NCBI RefSeq assembly: GCF_001194135.2
Contig: NC_068989.1
Coordinates: forward strand, 57,557,264 to 57,621,263
Source of the DNA: Octopus bimaculoides
Taxonomy: Eukaryota
Direction: 5' to 3'
DNA length: 64,000 nt
Translations under genes and position numbers: made by a program
Notes under the pieces: generated by a model
What the model was told of the DNA's origin: nothing
The model's input: only the letters and a program-made list of their open reading frames with translations
Database searches by the model: none
Shown: piece after piece, positions 25,769-38,534 of the stretch
Position numbering within the stretch: position 1 is the stretch's first letter
Layout of the letters: each line of letters starts with the position of its first letter

Positions 25769-26200
25769 AAAGATGAGAATGTGTGTCTGTCTGTGTGAAT
25801 CCATAAAACTCGAGAACTACACAACCGATTTTATTCAAATTTTGCACATGCCTTACTTAGGGTCTATGCAGTGTCATGGGCACAAAAACTTTTCAACTTC
25901 TTGCCTAATGCGAGCCCAGCGTAATCTCTTGTCTCTTACACTATTTCAGTGTTATGTCTGGTGTGAAATCCACACCAATTATCTCGCCGCGAACCCACCA
26001 AACTGGGCTTCTCCACCCCTCCACCAAACGTTCTAGATTTTGGCAATCTTACCCATCAGCAGGTCCCCCACAAGAGTTCTTCGTGAAATAGAGAAATAAG
26101 TTGCTTATTTCTCTATTTCAAAACTAAGATGGTAGACAATGATAAAAACGGTCTATTTCTTAGCCAGAGGCAATGCCAACTAGTGTTGGCACTTCTTTAG
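25769..26200 (+). mobile_element. Putative non-autonomous Helitron-like element (5' end abuts a gap)
   Basis: TATATATAAAAAGATGAGAATGTGTGTCTGTCTG...CAACCGATTTTATTCAAATTTTG resembles Helitron/HINE-type 5' ends. There is an internal perfect 17-bp hairpin, and a GC hairpin TGCCAAC-TAGT-GTTGGCA just before TTAG|TA at ~26200. Confidence 0.45.
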
Positions 26201-26212
26201 TATAATATCTTA

Positions 26213-26483
26213 TTTTTTTATCGTTTACTTGTTTTCAGACAATGGACTTTGGTCATGCTTGGGTACTGCCTTGAAGAATAGTAGAAAAAAAATTTCCCAT
26301 TTATTTTTAAAGTCTTGCACTTATTCTATTGGTGTCTTTTGCTGAAACGCTAGTGTACAGGTGCATAAACAAACCGACATTGGTTATCAAGTAGCAGTGG
26401 GGGAGACAAACACAAAGACACGTACTCGAGCGCTCACACACACATAGTTGTGTATATATGTACATATATGTGTGTGTGTACGT

Positions 26484-26560
<77 letters not shown>

Positions 26561-26676
26561 CGACAGGATTCCATACAGTTTCTGTCTACTAAATTTTTTC
26601 CCAAGGCGTTTCGCAGTGGGACTGAACCCGAAACCATAATGTTGCAAAGCGAGCTTCTTAACCACATAGCCTGCAC
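26213..26676 (-). mobile_element. SINE family A, degenerate, with internal (GATA)n expansion
   Basis: Head GCAGGCTATGTGGTTAAGAAG...GGTTCAGTCCCACTGCG on the minus strand, tail ...GTAAACGATAAAA; (GATA)n at 26485-26560. Confidence 0.75.
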
Positions 26677-27387
26677 AGTAACAGGATAATTATTAAGACC
26701 AGCTACTGAGAGAAGTTTATGCTATTCATTGCTGCCAAGTGGACGGACATGTTGATGACTGAGTTCATTGATATTACACAATTAAAGCCATTGCTCGTGT
26801 GGCCACTGAAAACGGAGCAGTGTTGTTTCAGTAGGATTTCCCTAATTTCTGGAGAATCATTACAGAGATATTGTTATCAAGTAATAGACTAATTGGTAAA
26901 ACTGCAATTTTATTTGTTTATTTATTTATTTGATTGTTTATTTATTTTACCAAAAGAATAGAATGTCATTGGGGGTGTGTTCAGTTTATTTTTTTTCTTT
27001 TCTTATTTTCTAATTTAGGAGTCTTTCTCAATGAATCTTTCTTGATGTTCATTTTCATAAACCAATGTATGTGTGTGTACGCCTCCGAAAGTGAGAGTGT
27101 TGGGAAATTGCATGTCTATGCAGTTGCATGCATGCACATATGTGCGTATATATATNNNNNNNNNNNNNNNNNNNNNNNNNNNNNNNNNNNNNNNNNNNNN
27201 NNNNNNNNNNNNNNNNNNNNNNNNNNNNNNNNNNNNNNNNNNNNNNNNNNNNNNNNNNNNNNNNNNNNNNNNNNNNNNNNNNNNNNNNNNNNNNNNNNNN
27301 NNNNNNNNNNNNNNNNNNNNNNNNNNNNNNNNNNNNNNNNNNNNNNNNNNNNNNNNNNNNNNNNNNNNNNNNNNNNNNNNNNNNNNN

Positions 27388-27452
<65 letters not shown>

Positions 27453-27998
27453 TGTTGCCAGTTCAAATATGATTGAGGCATAGTCAAACCCGTAAGAAAG
27501 TCATTCGCCACTATGTTTAGTTATGGAGAAAATTTCTGGCTGTCAAACTTTCTGAAAAATAGCCGTAAATACACAGAAATCAGCCCACAACTCACCCTTA
27601 GCACACTGTGGAATACATGCATTTCGGAATGGGTATCTCCTCTACAACAACAGAGACCGGAAAGGCAGGCGCTTCGAACTGACACGAAAAACAGGTCCCT
27701 CTTAAGATATTCCCGACATCGTTCAATGACTGGTTGCGCTACTCAGTGGGTCGCCGTAACCAAACTACAGGGTGACAGAGCTAAGCAGTGATGTATATAA
27801 ATACAAACTTGTTACCAGTTCAAATAGGCTTGGAGCGTATATTTTTATACATTCTTATACTCCTTCATAATTTTTTCCTAGTGCTTGTAATTTATAAATA
27901 ATTTTTTTAAAGCCTTATGTCCTTTTTCTTATATATTAAAGTATCCCATTATTAGGTTTTAAGTTTAATTTCTATCCTTTTCCTATATATTGATTATA

Positions 27999-28388
27999 GG
28001 AGTGGCTGTGTAGTAAGTAGCTTGCTTACCAACCACATGGTTCCGGGTTCAGTCCCACTGCGTGGCACCTTGGGCAAGTGTCTTCTACTATAGCCTCGGG
28101 CCGACCAAAGCCTTGTGAGTGGATTTGGTAGACGGAAACTGAAAGAGGCCTGTCGTATATATGTATATATATGTTTGCGTGCCTGTGTTTGCCCCCCCCC
28201 CCAACATTGCTTGACAACCGATGCTGGTGTGTTTACGTCCCCGTAACTTAGCGGTTCGGCAAAAATAGACCGATAGAATAAGTACTAGGCTTACAAAGAA
28301 TAAGTCCTGGGGTCGATTTGCTCGACTAAAGGTGGTGCTCCAGCATGGCCACAGTCAAATAACTGAAACAAGTAAAAGAGTAAAAGAG
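27999..28388 (+). mobile_element. SINE family A, full length, young-looking copy
   Basis: GGAGTGGCTGTGTAGTAAG (A-box-like), GGTTCAGTCCC (B-box-like), CORE-like GCACCTTGGGCAAGTGTCTTCTACTATAGCC, tail (TAAAAGAG)2. Confidence 0.9.
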
Positions 28389-31300
28389 TTATGAATTACT
28401 ATATCCCGTAACCCTCAATTCTAATTCCCACCCATTGCGCTCATATTATTTAGCTCTTTTGTTTATATGTTTTGTTTTTTGTTTTGTTTTTCATTATATT
28501 CCCCTGTTATTTGATAATCTAAATAAGTATTGGCCACTCCTATCCTTCCTTCTTCTAGCTATCACCACTTCTCCATCAATCATTCTCTTACTAACAGCTC
28601 TGAAACATATCGTTTTATGTAGATAAAGCTAGATATATGGTTCCAGTAAAATAAGGGTCTGGGTGATTGTATGATAGCAATTGATTTATCACCATCGACT
28701 AGAAATACAGTTGACAACTCCCATTGGATTTAATTCTAAATGATTGTAGACAACATGCTGCATAAAACCTTCTAAATATCAATAACTATCTCACCACTCC
28801 TATATCTCGACCCCCCACTATCTTCCTCTGCTACTCTCTAAATTATAATAGGCTTAATAAGATATGCGTTTTTTCTAAACTCATTCTGCCACAAATATAA
28901 CATAAGGAAACAATGTAATTATTTTGGTTTCTGGTATTGATATAAATTTGTTAAAAATGGTTTGTCCTTTATGCTGGAAAGCTATATGGTCATCTGCGGT
29001 GAGGAGAGCGGTTTCTTTCAAATTGATGTAATGTTTTCATGGATCGATTAAATGGAGCCGCTCGAAACGGTCGTAATGTAGACATCCTTGTTACTTATTT
29101 ACATTCTCTTCGAATTATACTGAACTGGCTTGGTGACCCAATTTAAGTACCTAAATCAACTGAATCTTAATTATATATATATNNNNNNNNNNNNNNNNNN
29201 NNNNNNNNNNNNNNNNNNNNNNNNNNNNNNNNNNNNNNNNNNNNNNNNNNNNNNNNNNNNNNNNNNNNNNNNNNNNNNNNNNNNNNNNNNNNNNNNNNNN
29301 NNNNNNNNNNNNNNNNNNNNNNNNNNNNNNNNNNNNNNNNNNNNNNNNNNNNNNNNNNNNNNNNNNNNNNNNNNNNNNNNNNNNNNNNNNNNNNNNNNNN
29401 NNNNNNNNNNNNNNNNNNNNNNNNNNNNNNNNNNNNNNNNNNNNNNNNNNNNNNNNNNNNNNNNNNNNNNNNNNNNNNNNNNNNNNNNNNNNNNNNNNNN
29501 NNNNNNNNNNNNNNNNNNNNNNNNNNNNNNNNNNNNNNNNNNNNNNNNNNNNNNNNNNNNNNNNNNNNNNNNNNNNNNNNNNNNNNNNNNNNNNNNNNNN
29601 NNNNNNNNNNNNNNNNNNNNNNNNNNNNNNNNNNNNNNNNNNNNNNNNNNNNNNNNNNNNNNNNNNNNNNNNNNNNNNNNNNNNNNNNNNNNNNNNNNNN
29701 NNNNNNNNNNNNNNNNNNNNNNNNNNNNNNNNNNNNNNNNNNNNNNNNNNNNNNNNNNNNNNNNNNNNNNNNNNNNNNNNNNNNNNNNNNNNNNNNNNNN
29801 NNNNNNNNNNNNNCCCTCTCTTTGCCTCTCTCCTATAAATCTCTTTATTTTATTCTAAACTTCTGATCTTTTGGAAATTGGTTTTTTGATGAGAAAATAT
29901 TGTACCTAATCCTTTGCTTCTGTAATAAAACATCACGTCGATACCCTCCGCTTTGCATTTACAGTAAATAACTGTAAATAAAGAAGAGAACATATTCAAT
30001 CTAAATAGAATATAAAATCAAATATAGATCTGTGAAAACATTCCACTCTAAGGGATCTCGGCTGTTTTTTTTTTCTTTTTTTTCCAAAGTTTTATCAGCT
30101 TCTTAACATAGTTACTATACGTTAATTTTAGGTAATCTATGCAGTACAACAGTAGAGACAAAAAAACTAAAATGTTTAAAATTCTGTTCTGACAGCCATG
30201 TTTCTCCAAATGAAACCTACTTTATTGGATCGTGTAAGGCTAGTGGATGGTGTTTTATTATGGGCTTTTTAATCATTATTGTTCGTTTGGCTGTTCATAA
30301 TATTAGGTGAGCCGTATGTGAAAACAATAATGGCCACTCGAATTTTTATTTGAGTTTTCATATATTTTTAGTAACCCACATGGCTTATATTTACATGTGC
30401 ACATATAAATAATTCAATGTATCAATGTTCATGAAGCAGCAATTTTCTGTAATTCAGCATACTGGATATTATGAAAATAGTAATTGAAAACAATATTATG
30501 AAATAATTCGTAATGATTGAAGACAAAAAAAAGTAGAAATTAAAATTACCACATGTAATCGATGTGCCTGATTTGACATTACAGTTTTAGGTTGACACTT
30601 TTTGTCTAATACGACACTAGCATGTTAAATGAAAAATTAGTGCAAAGAGGGCAAGAAGCCAATTCCCTAAGCAGAACGACGAAGTTTTATGTGGAATGTT
30701 TAGTGGCTCTTAGTTGATGTTGAATTCGCCAACATTTTATAACCGTACGCTAAAGTTTCCAGAACGTTTGATCAAGCTATTTGGCCGGAAAACTCACACA
30801 CTTCCTTTGAAGTTCGCCGCATAAATTATTACAAGTCAGTACTGACTGGTCGGGTCATATTCACGTAGGAGTTAATGCCTTTTATGGCGATATGGTAAGT
30901 CGTGATCTTGAGCTGAGAAAATCTGAGAGCAATAGCTCAAAACTCAACAGGAGCCTCGCTACAATATATCATCGGACAATTTATGCAGTAGAACTCACCT
31001 TAGAAGAGAGACTAGAAAGCTTAAATGCTTAAAATTTTGTGTGTTAAATAAAATTTAGTGTGTTAAGCTCAATTTGTAATGTTATTACATTTTTATCTCT
31101 TTCTCCACAAAGTTAGATTACTATATTCAAATTTTCTCTTCGTCATGATTTCAAATTCTTCCATGTCCATATTATTTTCCTCTCCTAGACACTTCAATGA
31201 TTTACTCTTCGCTCCCTCTGGACAGGTAACATTATATTTTAAATAAGATATCAATATAGAGATAGGTAAAGTTGTGAAACCACGATATGATTGTTTAGCT

Positions 31301-31945
31301 AGATCACTTACAAAGTTTCAATGACTGGATAAAGCGTTAAAGTAAACACGTCATTTACATGAATGGAAAGAGCGTGAATATCTTCTAGAATATAAGTATT
31401 TCACAAAAACTGTACAAAATATCTGTGCGCGTGCACACGCATACTCACACGAAATCAATCGAATAAGTTCTAGACAATTCTTTGACTAAAGCAATTTTAA
31501 TAGATGATGTCCAGTAACTGAAACAGTAAAAGAATAAGGATAACCAAATATATTGGGTACCAAGATTCTAAATTCATCAGAAACCAATTTTGATTCTGTT
31601 TTAGCCACATTGCTTCATTCTTTCAACCCAGTTCCATTTCCAATGTCCTTTGAATAGGACATGATTATAACAATGTCAAGAAAAAAATAGAAAGAAAATT
31701 GAACGATGTAGTTTTGTGAACAAAACGATTCTAAGAGAAAAAAAGAACTGTGAACAGAAATTGTTGCATATTGAGTGAAATATGTGAAGGATCTAATTTT
31801 ATACCAGTAATTTAGAGATGCGTGGTGCCTTGGTCAAGCGTCTTGTACTGAAGCTTTGGGTTGGCGAATGCCTCGAGAGAGAAATTTTGTTGATAGAAAC
31901 CGTGAAGAAGCCCATCGTATATATATTATATATGTATGTATGTAT

Positions 31946-32149
31946 TCTTTTATTCTCTTACTTGTTTCAGTCATTTGACTGCGGCCATGCTGGAGCACCG
32001 CCTTTAGTCGAACAAATCGACCCCAGGACTTATTTTTTGTAAGCCTAGCTCTTATTCTATCGGTTTCTTTGTCGAACTGCTAAGTCACGAGGACGTAAAC
32101 ACACCAACATCGGTTGTCAAGCGGTGGTGGAGGACCAACACAGACACAA

Positions 32150-32203
<54 letters not shown>

Positions 32204-32365
32204 GACTGGCTTCTTTCAGTTCCATCTACCAAATCCACTCACATGGCTTTGGTCGGCCTAAGGCTATATTAAAAGATACTTGACCAAAGTGCGACGCAGC
32301 GTGACTGAATCCGGAACTATGTGGTTGGGAAACAAGCTTCTTACCACACAACCACGCCTGCGCCT
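31946..32365 (-). mobile_element. SINE family A, full length; opposed by a partial + strand copy at 31820-31925
   Basis: Same head, CORE-like segment and tail as 27999-28388, on the reverse strand. Confidence 0.85.
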
Positions 32366-33145
32366 ATGTGTGTGTGAGAGAGGGGGCGTGCATGCGTGGG
32401 GGGGAGCGGGGGTTATTGCGCCATCTTCCCAGATAATTCTCATCTTTCTGCTTCCTCGTTGTCAATTACATTTCTGACTCCCCATCCATGACCACTTAGA
32501 TGACTGTTCGATTCTACTGCTGGTCTGCATGGTTTGAAGCATAGATGTAAGACAAAAAATATAATTTCCACTGGATCGATCAGGTCGTTTTGTGGGATAA
32601 GGAGTTCCCCGATCAAAAGTTCTAACGTTTTTGACATGAAATTGAACCTTTTCGCTGGTTAGTTCTGCGCACATTGTCACACTTCCATCAGCATAGCCCT
32701 TTCAGAAGCTGAAATGACAAACGAGGTCGCCATAAACAGACAATTGCAAGTCGTTTGATTATAGAAATAGAAGAAACGATTGCAAAAAGATGAAAAGCAA
32801 GAACTGATCACAGCGAGATTCGATCTCAGATTTTAAAGAGATGGAGTGATTACTGAAAAGCACTTTATTCGACGCTACAGCGACTCGACCAATTTACTGC
32901 CTTTTATGCTTGAATATGTATGTATTAACGTACGTACATACGTATGTATGTACGTAGATATGTACGCACTTGTTTGTGTATGTACATGCATGTGTGTGTA
33001 CACATATATATATATGCATATATGTATATGTGTATAACACATATATACATATATATATATATACATACTTGCATATACATATATATATACATACATATAT
33101 GTATGTGTATATGTGTGTGCACGTTTCTGTATATGCATATATATG

Positions 33146-33182
<37 letters not shown>

Positions 33183-33192
33183 NNNNNNNNNN

Positions 33193-33233
<41 letters not shown>

Positions 33234-33483
33234 GCAGACGTACAGGGTGAGGGGAAAGAGAGAGAGAGAAAGGGTAGTTGAATACGATTAGTGATTGGAC
33301 CAAGACCAATAGTAATAATAAATGTAAAAAAGAATAAACTGAAAATGTCTGCAACATTAAAACGTGAGCGAAGTATTTAATGTTTAAAAGAACGTTTCCG
33401 TACACATATATTCATAGCAGCACAGTATGGTAGTCACCGTGTTTAATAATAGCAAAGTAATAATAATGTATTGCACTTCTTTT

Positions 33484-33551
<68 letters not shown>

Positions 33552-35575
33552 GACAGAGAAAGCGAGAGATTTGTTATTCTCAGTAAAAATCCTGTTTATG
33601 ACATATCAAATATGAAAGACTGACTGGAAATAATTAGAATACAACATCAATAATGAGGTTTTACGAAATATTATTCCACTGTACAGCGTTGTGAAGAACT
33701 TGAAATGATGGTGATTTTTTTTTTGTTATTTTATATTTTTATGGGGGTTTTTTTGGTTTTTTGGGTTTTTTTTTTTATTTATGCATTTATTTACTTGTAT
33801 AAATGTTGTTCTTCGTCGTCGCTGTCGCTGCTGTCTCTATTGCTATCATTGCTCTTACACTATTACGACCACAATAACAATTGCCTCTGCTATATGAAAC
33901 TATCGGCACCATCAACAACAACAGCAACACCATCAACAACAACATCGCCCATATCACTAATATTACTTCCAACACCAACACCATCAACAACAACACCAAG
34001 AACACCAAGAGCACCTAGAACACCACTACCATTAACATCACCACTACCAACACCAATACCACCACCACCACTGACATCACTTGTATCGTTCCTACACTAT
34101 CCACAATATTGTCTTCGGTAAGGGTAGAAACAATCAGTACGGATGCATGCGGGTATGGCTATGTGGCTAAGAAGTTTACTTTGCAACTACGTGGTACCCT
34201 CTGCAGGGTACCTTTTCCGTGTTCAGAAGACAGTTGCGTAACTTGGATTTTGGTCGCTCTGTACGCTAGCCAAAATTGCTGCAGGCCACATCGTACAGTT
34301 ATACATCACAGACAACTTACGCTACGCCACTGAGCAAGTGTCTTCTACCATTGCCTCGGGTAGACAAATACCTTTTTAATGAAATTGATAAATGATATCT
34401 GAGTGAATGCCTGTCGGATAGACCGTTCCTGTCCCTAAGTTGTCGTCTGAATCTGTTTCCCGGTTTAACACCGTCACCCGGCCTTTGCGTACTTATGGTG
34501 GAGTCCACTCTGTTACAAACATTTGGTCTTGGTTTTTATACTGAAGATAAATTCGTTGCTTCTTCACTTCAATCACGGAGGCCCTATTGAACTGTCAGGG
34601 AGCATTACGTTCTTTCTTGGACTGAACGATGAAAAAAGCAATAAAGCAACAATAAATAAGAAGAAAATTAAAAACAAAAACAAGAATGAAATCAATGAGC
34701 TAATGCGATAGCCTCTAAGACGTCGTACAGCGAGCTAGAAATAGAAAATCTTCTATAAATCTTTCCTGCTGTCATACAAGAAAAGAAATACACATTGCTT
34801 AATGCGAGGTTAGTAAAGTGGCCAATATTGCCTTATGGTGATCTATAGTCCTATCCAAGGCGCCGATAAACACCTGAAACGATTTTTAGTATTAAGGGTA
34901 CTGAATTATTAGGAGACTGTTTTCTCAACAGGAATAAGACTCGATTTCAAATACTATATAGAAATTCAAAATGCCTTAGGAGATATCTCTTCGTTGGTAC
35001 ACCTCTGGTAAATATTGATTCGCCTTAGCAGATATCTCGTCGTTGGTATAGTCCTAGTAAACACTGGCTCGCCAATCGGTCAACTGGCCGATTGGCAAAC
35101 CAATCAAGGGAAAACTCATACTATTCATGAGACACTCAGTACAATAGAGTGGTGTCAATGGTCTGACAATTTTGAATTTACTTTAAATTACATTAATTTC
35201 CAGCCAAATATTGACGCAATAACCAGTATGCACCAAGCATATAATTCACATTAAATATTCCAACTATATCAATATAACACGATTGAATTTTTATTGTTCT
35301 TTATTAGTTTCGGTTAGTATTTCCATTAAATTTCTTTAACTACTTCTTATCAATTAAAAAACGATAATGACACAAAAGAATAAAGGCATTGTTGTTTTTA
35401 AATCAAGAAATATTTTATTGATTATACTTTTTAACTTTATTTTAGAAGTTTACATGATGGAGGTGAATAAGTTATCACTAATTCCTTGAAGGGGGTCAAT
35501 GATATAAGAAATTTACCTATTCTTGGTGGTTTAATTCAGTCCGTAATACATATAAAACGAAATGAATTGTCAAGA

Positions 35576-35650
35576 CTGACAGGGATTTACTCGCTGATCA
35601 GGGATTTACTCGCTGATCAGGGATTTACTCGCTGATCAGGGATTTACTCG
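35576..35650. repeat. 19-bp minisatellite (AGGGATTTACTCGCTGATC) x3.7
   Basis: Three perfect units at 35581-35637 plus a partial unit. Confidence 0.95.
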
Positions 35651-35668
35651 ATCAGAGATAATCTAGAT

Positions 35669-35921
35669 CACTAGTTCTCAACCGGGATCCACATGGCCCT
35701 TGGGGTCCATATACGATTTTGTTGTTAAAATTTATGTCCAATAAATTGATTATACTTCTACAAAACACAAAATATCTTAGCAATTTTTTTACACAAATCC
35801 TCATAATATTTAATTGTAAAAAGATATAAGATTTTTTAAACATCGAATGGTTATGGGGGATCCGGTAGAGTAAAATAGGAATCAAAGGGGTACAAAGGTG
35901 AAAAATGGTTGATAACCACTG
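35669..35921. mobile_element. hAT (Charlie-like) MITE
   Basis: TIRs CACTAGTTCTCAACC / GGTTGATAACCACTG (12/15 match; CAGTGGTTCTCAACC type), with an AT-rich interior. Confidence 0.65.
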
Positions 35922-36310
35922 TTGTGTTGTTGCTGGCACTCCGTCGCTTACGACGTCGAGGGTTCCAGTTGATCCGATCAACGGAACAGCCTGCTCGTGA
36001 AATTCACGTGCAAGTGGCTGAGCATTCCACAGACACGTGTACCCTTAACGTAGTTCTCGGGGATATTCAGCGTGACACAGTGTGACAAGGCTGACCCTTT
36101 GAATTACAGGCACAACAGAAACAGGAAGAAAGAGTGAGAGAAAGTTGCGGTGAAATAGTACAGCAGGGTTCGCCACCATCCCCTGCCGGAGCCTCGTGGA
36201 GCTTTAGGTGTTTTCGATCAATAAACACTCACAACGCCCGGTTTGGGAATCGAAACCGCGATCCTATGACCGCGAGTCCGCTGCCCTAACCACTAGGCCA
36301 TTGCGCCTCC
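35922..36310 (-). mobile_element. tRNA-derived SINE, family C, full length
   Basis: Head GGAGGCGCAATGGCCTAGTGGTTAGGGCAGCGG...GGTTTCGATTCCC and (CAA)-type tail. It is highly similar to 59120-59388(+); degenerate copies lie at ~48035-48320(-) and ~37970-38075(-). Confidence 0.9.
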
Positions 36311-36314
36311 ACTC

Positions 36315-36990
36315 AAGAAATAGTAGCCAAATTTCACTCAAATCACACGCTATTGTCTAAGAAAGGGAAGATGCATTACATAATTATATTCCCGCGTACA
36401 CTTTCACTAGAGAAAATACTTGATAGCCATGGCTGGAATAGCTTTGATTATAAGTCTGGTCTCTCACTACTGACCTGGAGCTAAACAACAGTAACACGAC
36501 ATCATCATATCGTCATAAATAAATGATACAACAGGGACCAAAGGATGCAACTTCTACGCTTGAAGTGTTAAAATAGCAGTCAAATCTCCCTCAGGTGACA
36601 CCTTAGCGTTTGAGAAAAAAGATGTCTGAATAAAAAAAAGACTAGATGGCTACAGGTAGAACTACTTTTGATCATAAGACTGTTTAATCAGGACCGAACT
36701 TAGACTGAACGCCAGCAAAAATACCATTGACATTCATATTAGTATTTATGAGTCAATGACGGGGGAGCCTGTACGTAGCTTTTCGACCTGCAAGAAAGAG
36801 TAACCAAAATCACCTTCAATAGGTAGGAATACACTAGATACACTACGGGATACACTAGATACACTACGGGATACACTAGATAATGTTGTTCTAGAAGCAC
36901 TATGTCTGAAAAAAAAGAGACGAGATAGTCACGACGGGAGTGTCTTTGATTGTTGGATAAGGACAAACCTAGGATTAAACAGCAATGATC
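36315..36990 (+). mobile_element. Three degenerate tandem copies of interspersed repeat family D (SINE-like 3' segment), the third with a 21-bp internal tandem expansion
   Basis: Shared motif AAATAGCAGCCAAAT..CTCAAATCACAC...GGCTGGAAT..CTTTGATCATAGG...GACCTGGGGCTAAACAAC. Other copies lie at ~1497-1560(-), 4942-5035(-), 5236-5400, 5515-5641, 39030-39330, 41355-41420, 47660-47790 and 54395-54910. Confidence 0.7.
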
Positions 36991-37470
36991 CATACTACAC
37001 TATTCAGTTGCAACATTAAATAACAAACAACATCAAAAATAGCAGCAAACAATAACAACAGTATCAACAATAATAACAATACCAGCAATAATAAATCATG
37101 TTCACATTGAACTGCAAGAATAAACGCGATGCCATGCATATTCATTTTTAAAAGGCTTCAGTAGATTTGAAATTGAAATATGCTAATCGCTGTCGTATAT
37201 TTCGTCATTGGAAAACAACATCTTTCAGAAGTTTGTGTGTTCATAACACAAGTGATTCATTGGGATAAAGGGAGTTTGAGACAGTTAGCAAGGTCGAAAC
37301 ACCAGCGTCTCAAAGTATCCTTGTCGCAAAAGATCGAGTGTGTTATGAATACACAGTTGTCTTCGTCTGAATGGAGAATTTGTTCTATGATGAAATACAA
37401 CAGTGATTAGTATATTCACGTTCGAATCGCCCGAAAGCATTAAGACTAAATAACCCATTCGATTGTAAGC

Positions 37471-37700
37471 GCAATGCCTGAAATTTAGGTGCCGGGGGAT
37501 AATCGATTACATCGATCCCAACGCTCGACTGATACTTATTTCATTGATCTCGAAAAGATGACAGGCAAAGTCGACCTCGGCGGAATCTGAATTCAGAACT
37601 TAAAGACGGATAAAATAAGTACCAACTGAGCATTGGAGTCGATGTAATCGATTTACCTCTTCACCCGAAAATGCTGGCATTGTGCCAAAATTTGAAATCA
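37471..37700. mobile_element. Two adjacent SINE family B fragments in inverted orientation
   Basis: 37471-37609 is a minus-strand body; 37610-37700 is a plus-strand 3' part. Confidence 0.8.
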
Positions 37701-38534
37701 TTATAAAGATCAAATAACAGCAATAATATTATAAAACAAAAACGGTGTTACCAGCAACAATTACAAAATACAAAGCAATAACGACTGCGGCAACAAGTCC
37801 AACAAGTAGAAGTTTCTAACAAGGAAACTTCTACATTTAAAGTACTTAACGGTGGGTAGAAACCCTTGAGGGTTCCACTCCTAGTTATTTTCCTAGGTAT
37901 AGTGATGACAGAGCCACATGGCGATTTCGACGTACATGTGTACAACTGTGCAATCTCGTTGAATTAGAGTGAGAAGTTGCTGGATGTACCACAGACGCGT
38001 GTATCCGTCATATAATTCTCAGACAGAATCAGCTTAACAGAGTGTATAATGACAAGGTTGGACGTTTGAATTACAGGTGCAACTTACCCTACGGGTTTCT
38101 ATACAGTTTCCATCTCCGAAAATTTTTCCATAGGGTTTACATTGACCGGAGGTCAGGGTAAATACATTTACCTAATACCATGCAATCGGATCGAACCTGA
38201 GATTTTATGGTTGCGACGCGAACTGCTTAACCACTCAACCGTGCCTGCATCTACCATATGTAATGTAAAACCAAGCTATTAGTACGTTTTAGGGTCATTC
38301 TGGTAGTTTCTAGAACTGATGATGATGATGATTTTTGACAGTCCAAAAAAGGGGTATGGAAACTTTAAGTGATCTTTTAATATCTGGAATCATGAAAGGT
38401 GTTGAGCATTCTTCATATACAGGATTAATCCACCTCCAAGAAATAGCTACCAAATTTCCCTCCAATTTCACCCAACTATATATATATATATACATACATG
38501 CACACACACACACACACACATACACACAACGAGT

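Noticed and set aside
27513-27791. 92-aa ORF beginning MFSYGENFWLSNF (faint NADAR-like look)
   Set aside because: The similarity is limited to a few residues and there are no splice or domain features; the region is kept only as an unexplained insert.
30763-30894. 132-nt AG...GT-bounded candidate exon with a strong GTAAGT donor
   Set aside because: It has stop codons in all three frames (TAA in the phase-1 frame), a weak acceptor and no homology cue.
32440-32720. Minus-strand NVRTF motif suggesting an RTE APE endonuclease start
   Set aside because: The downstream residues do not follow the APE (..CxQEH/E) pattern; the evidence is too weak.
35576-35650. Short direct-repeat arrays (also 36829-36882) as CRISPR-like
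   Set aside because: The units are contiguous without unique spacers, in a eukaryotic context; these are minisatellites.
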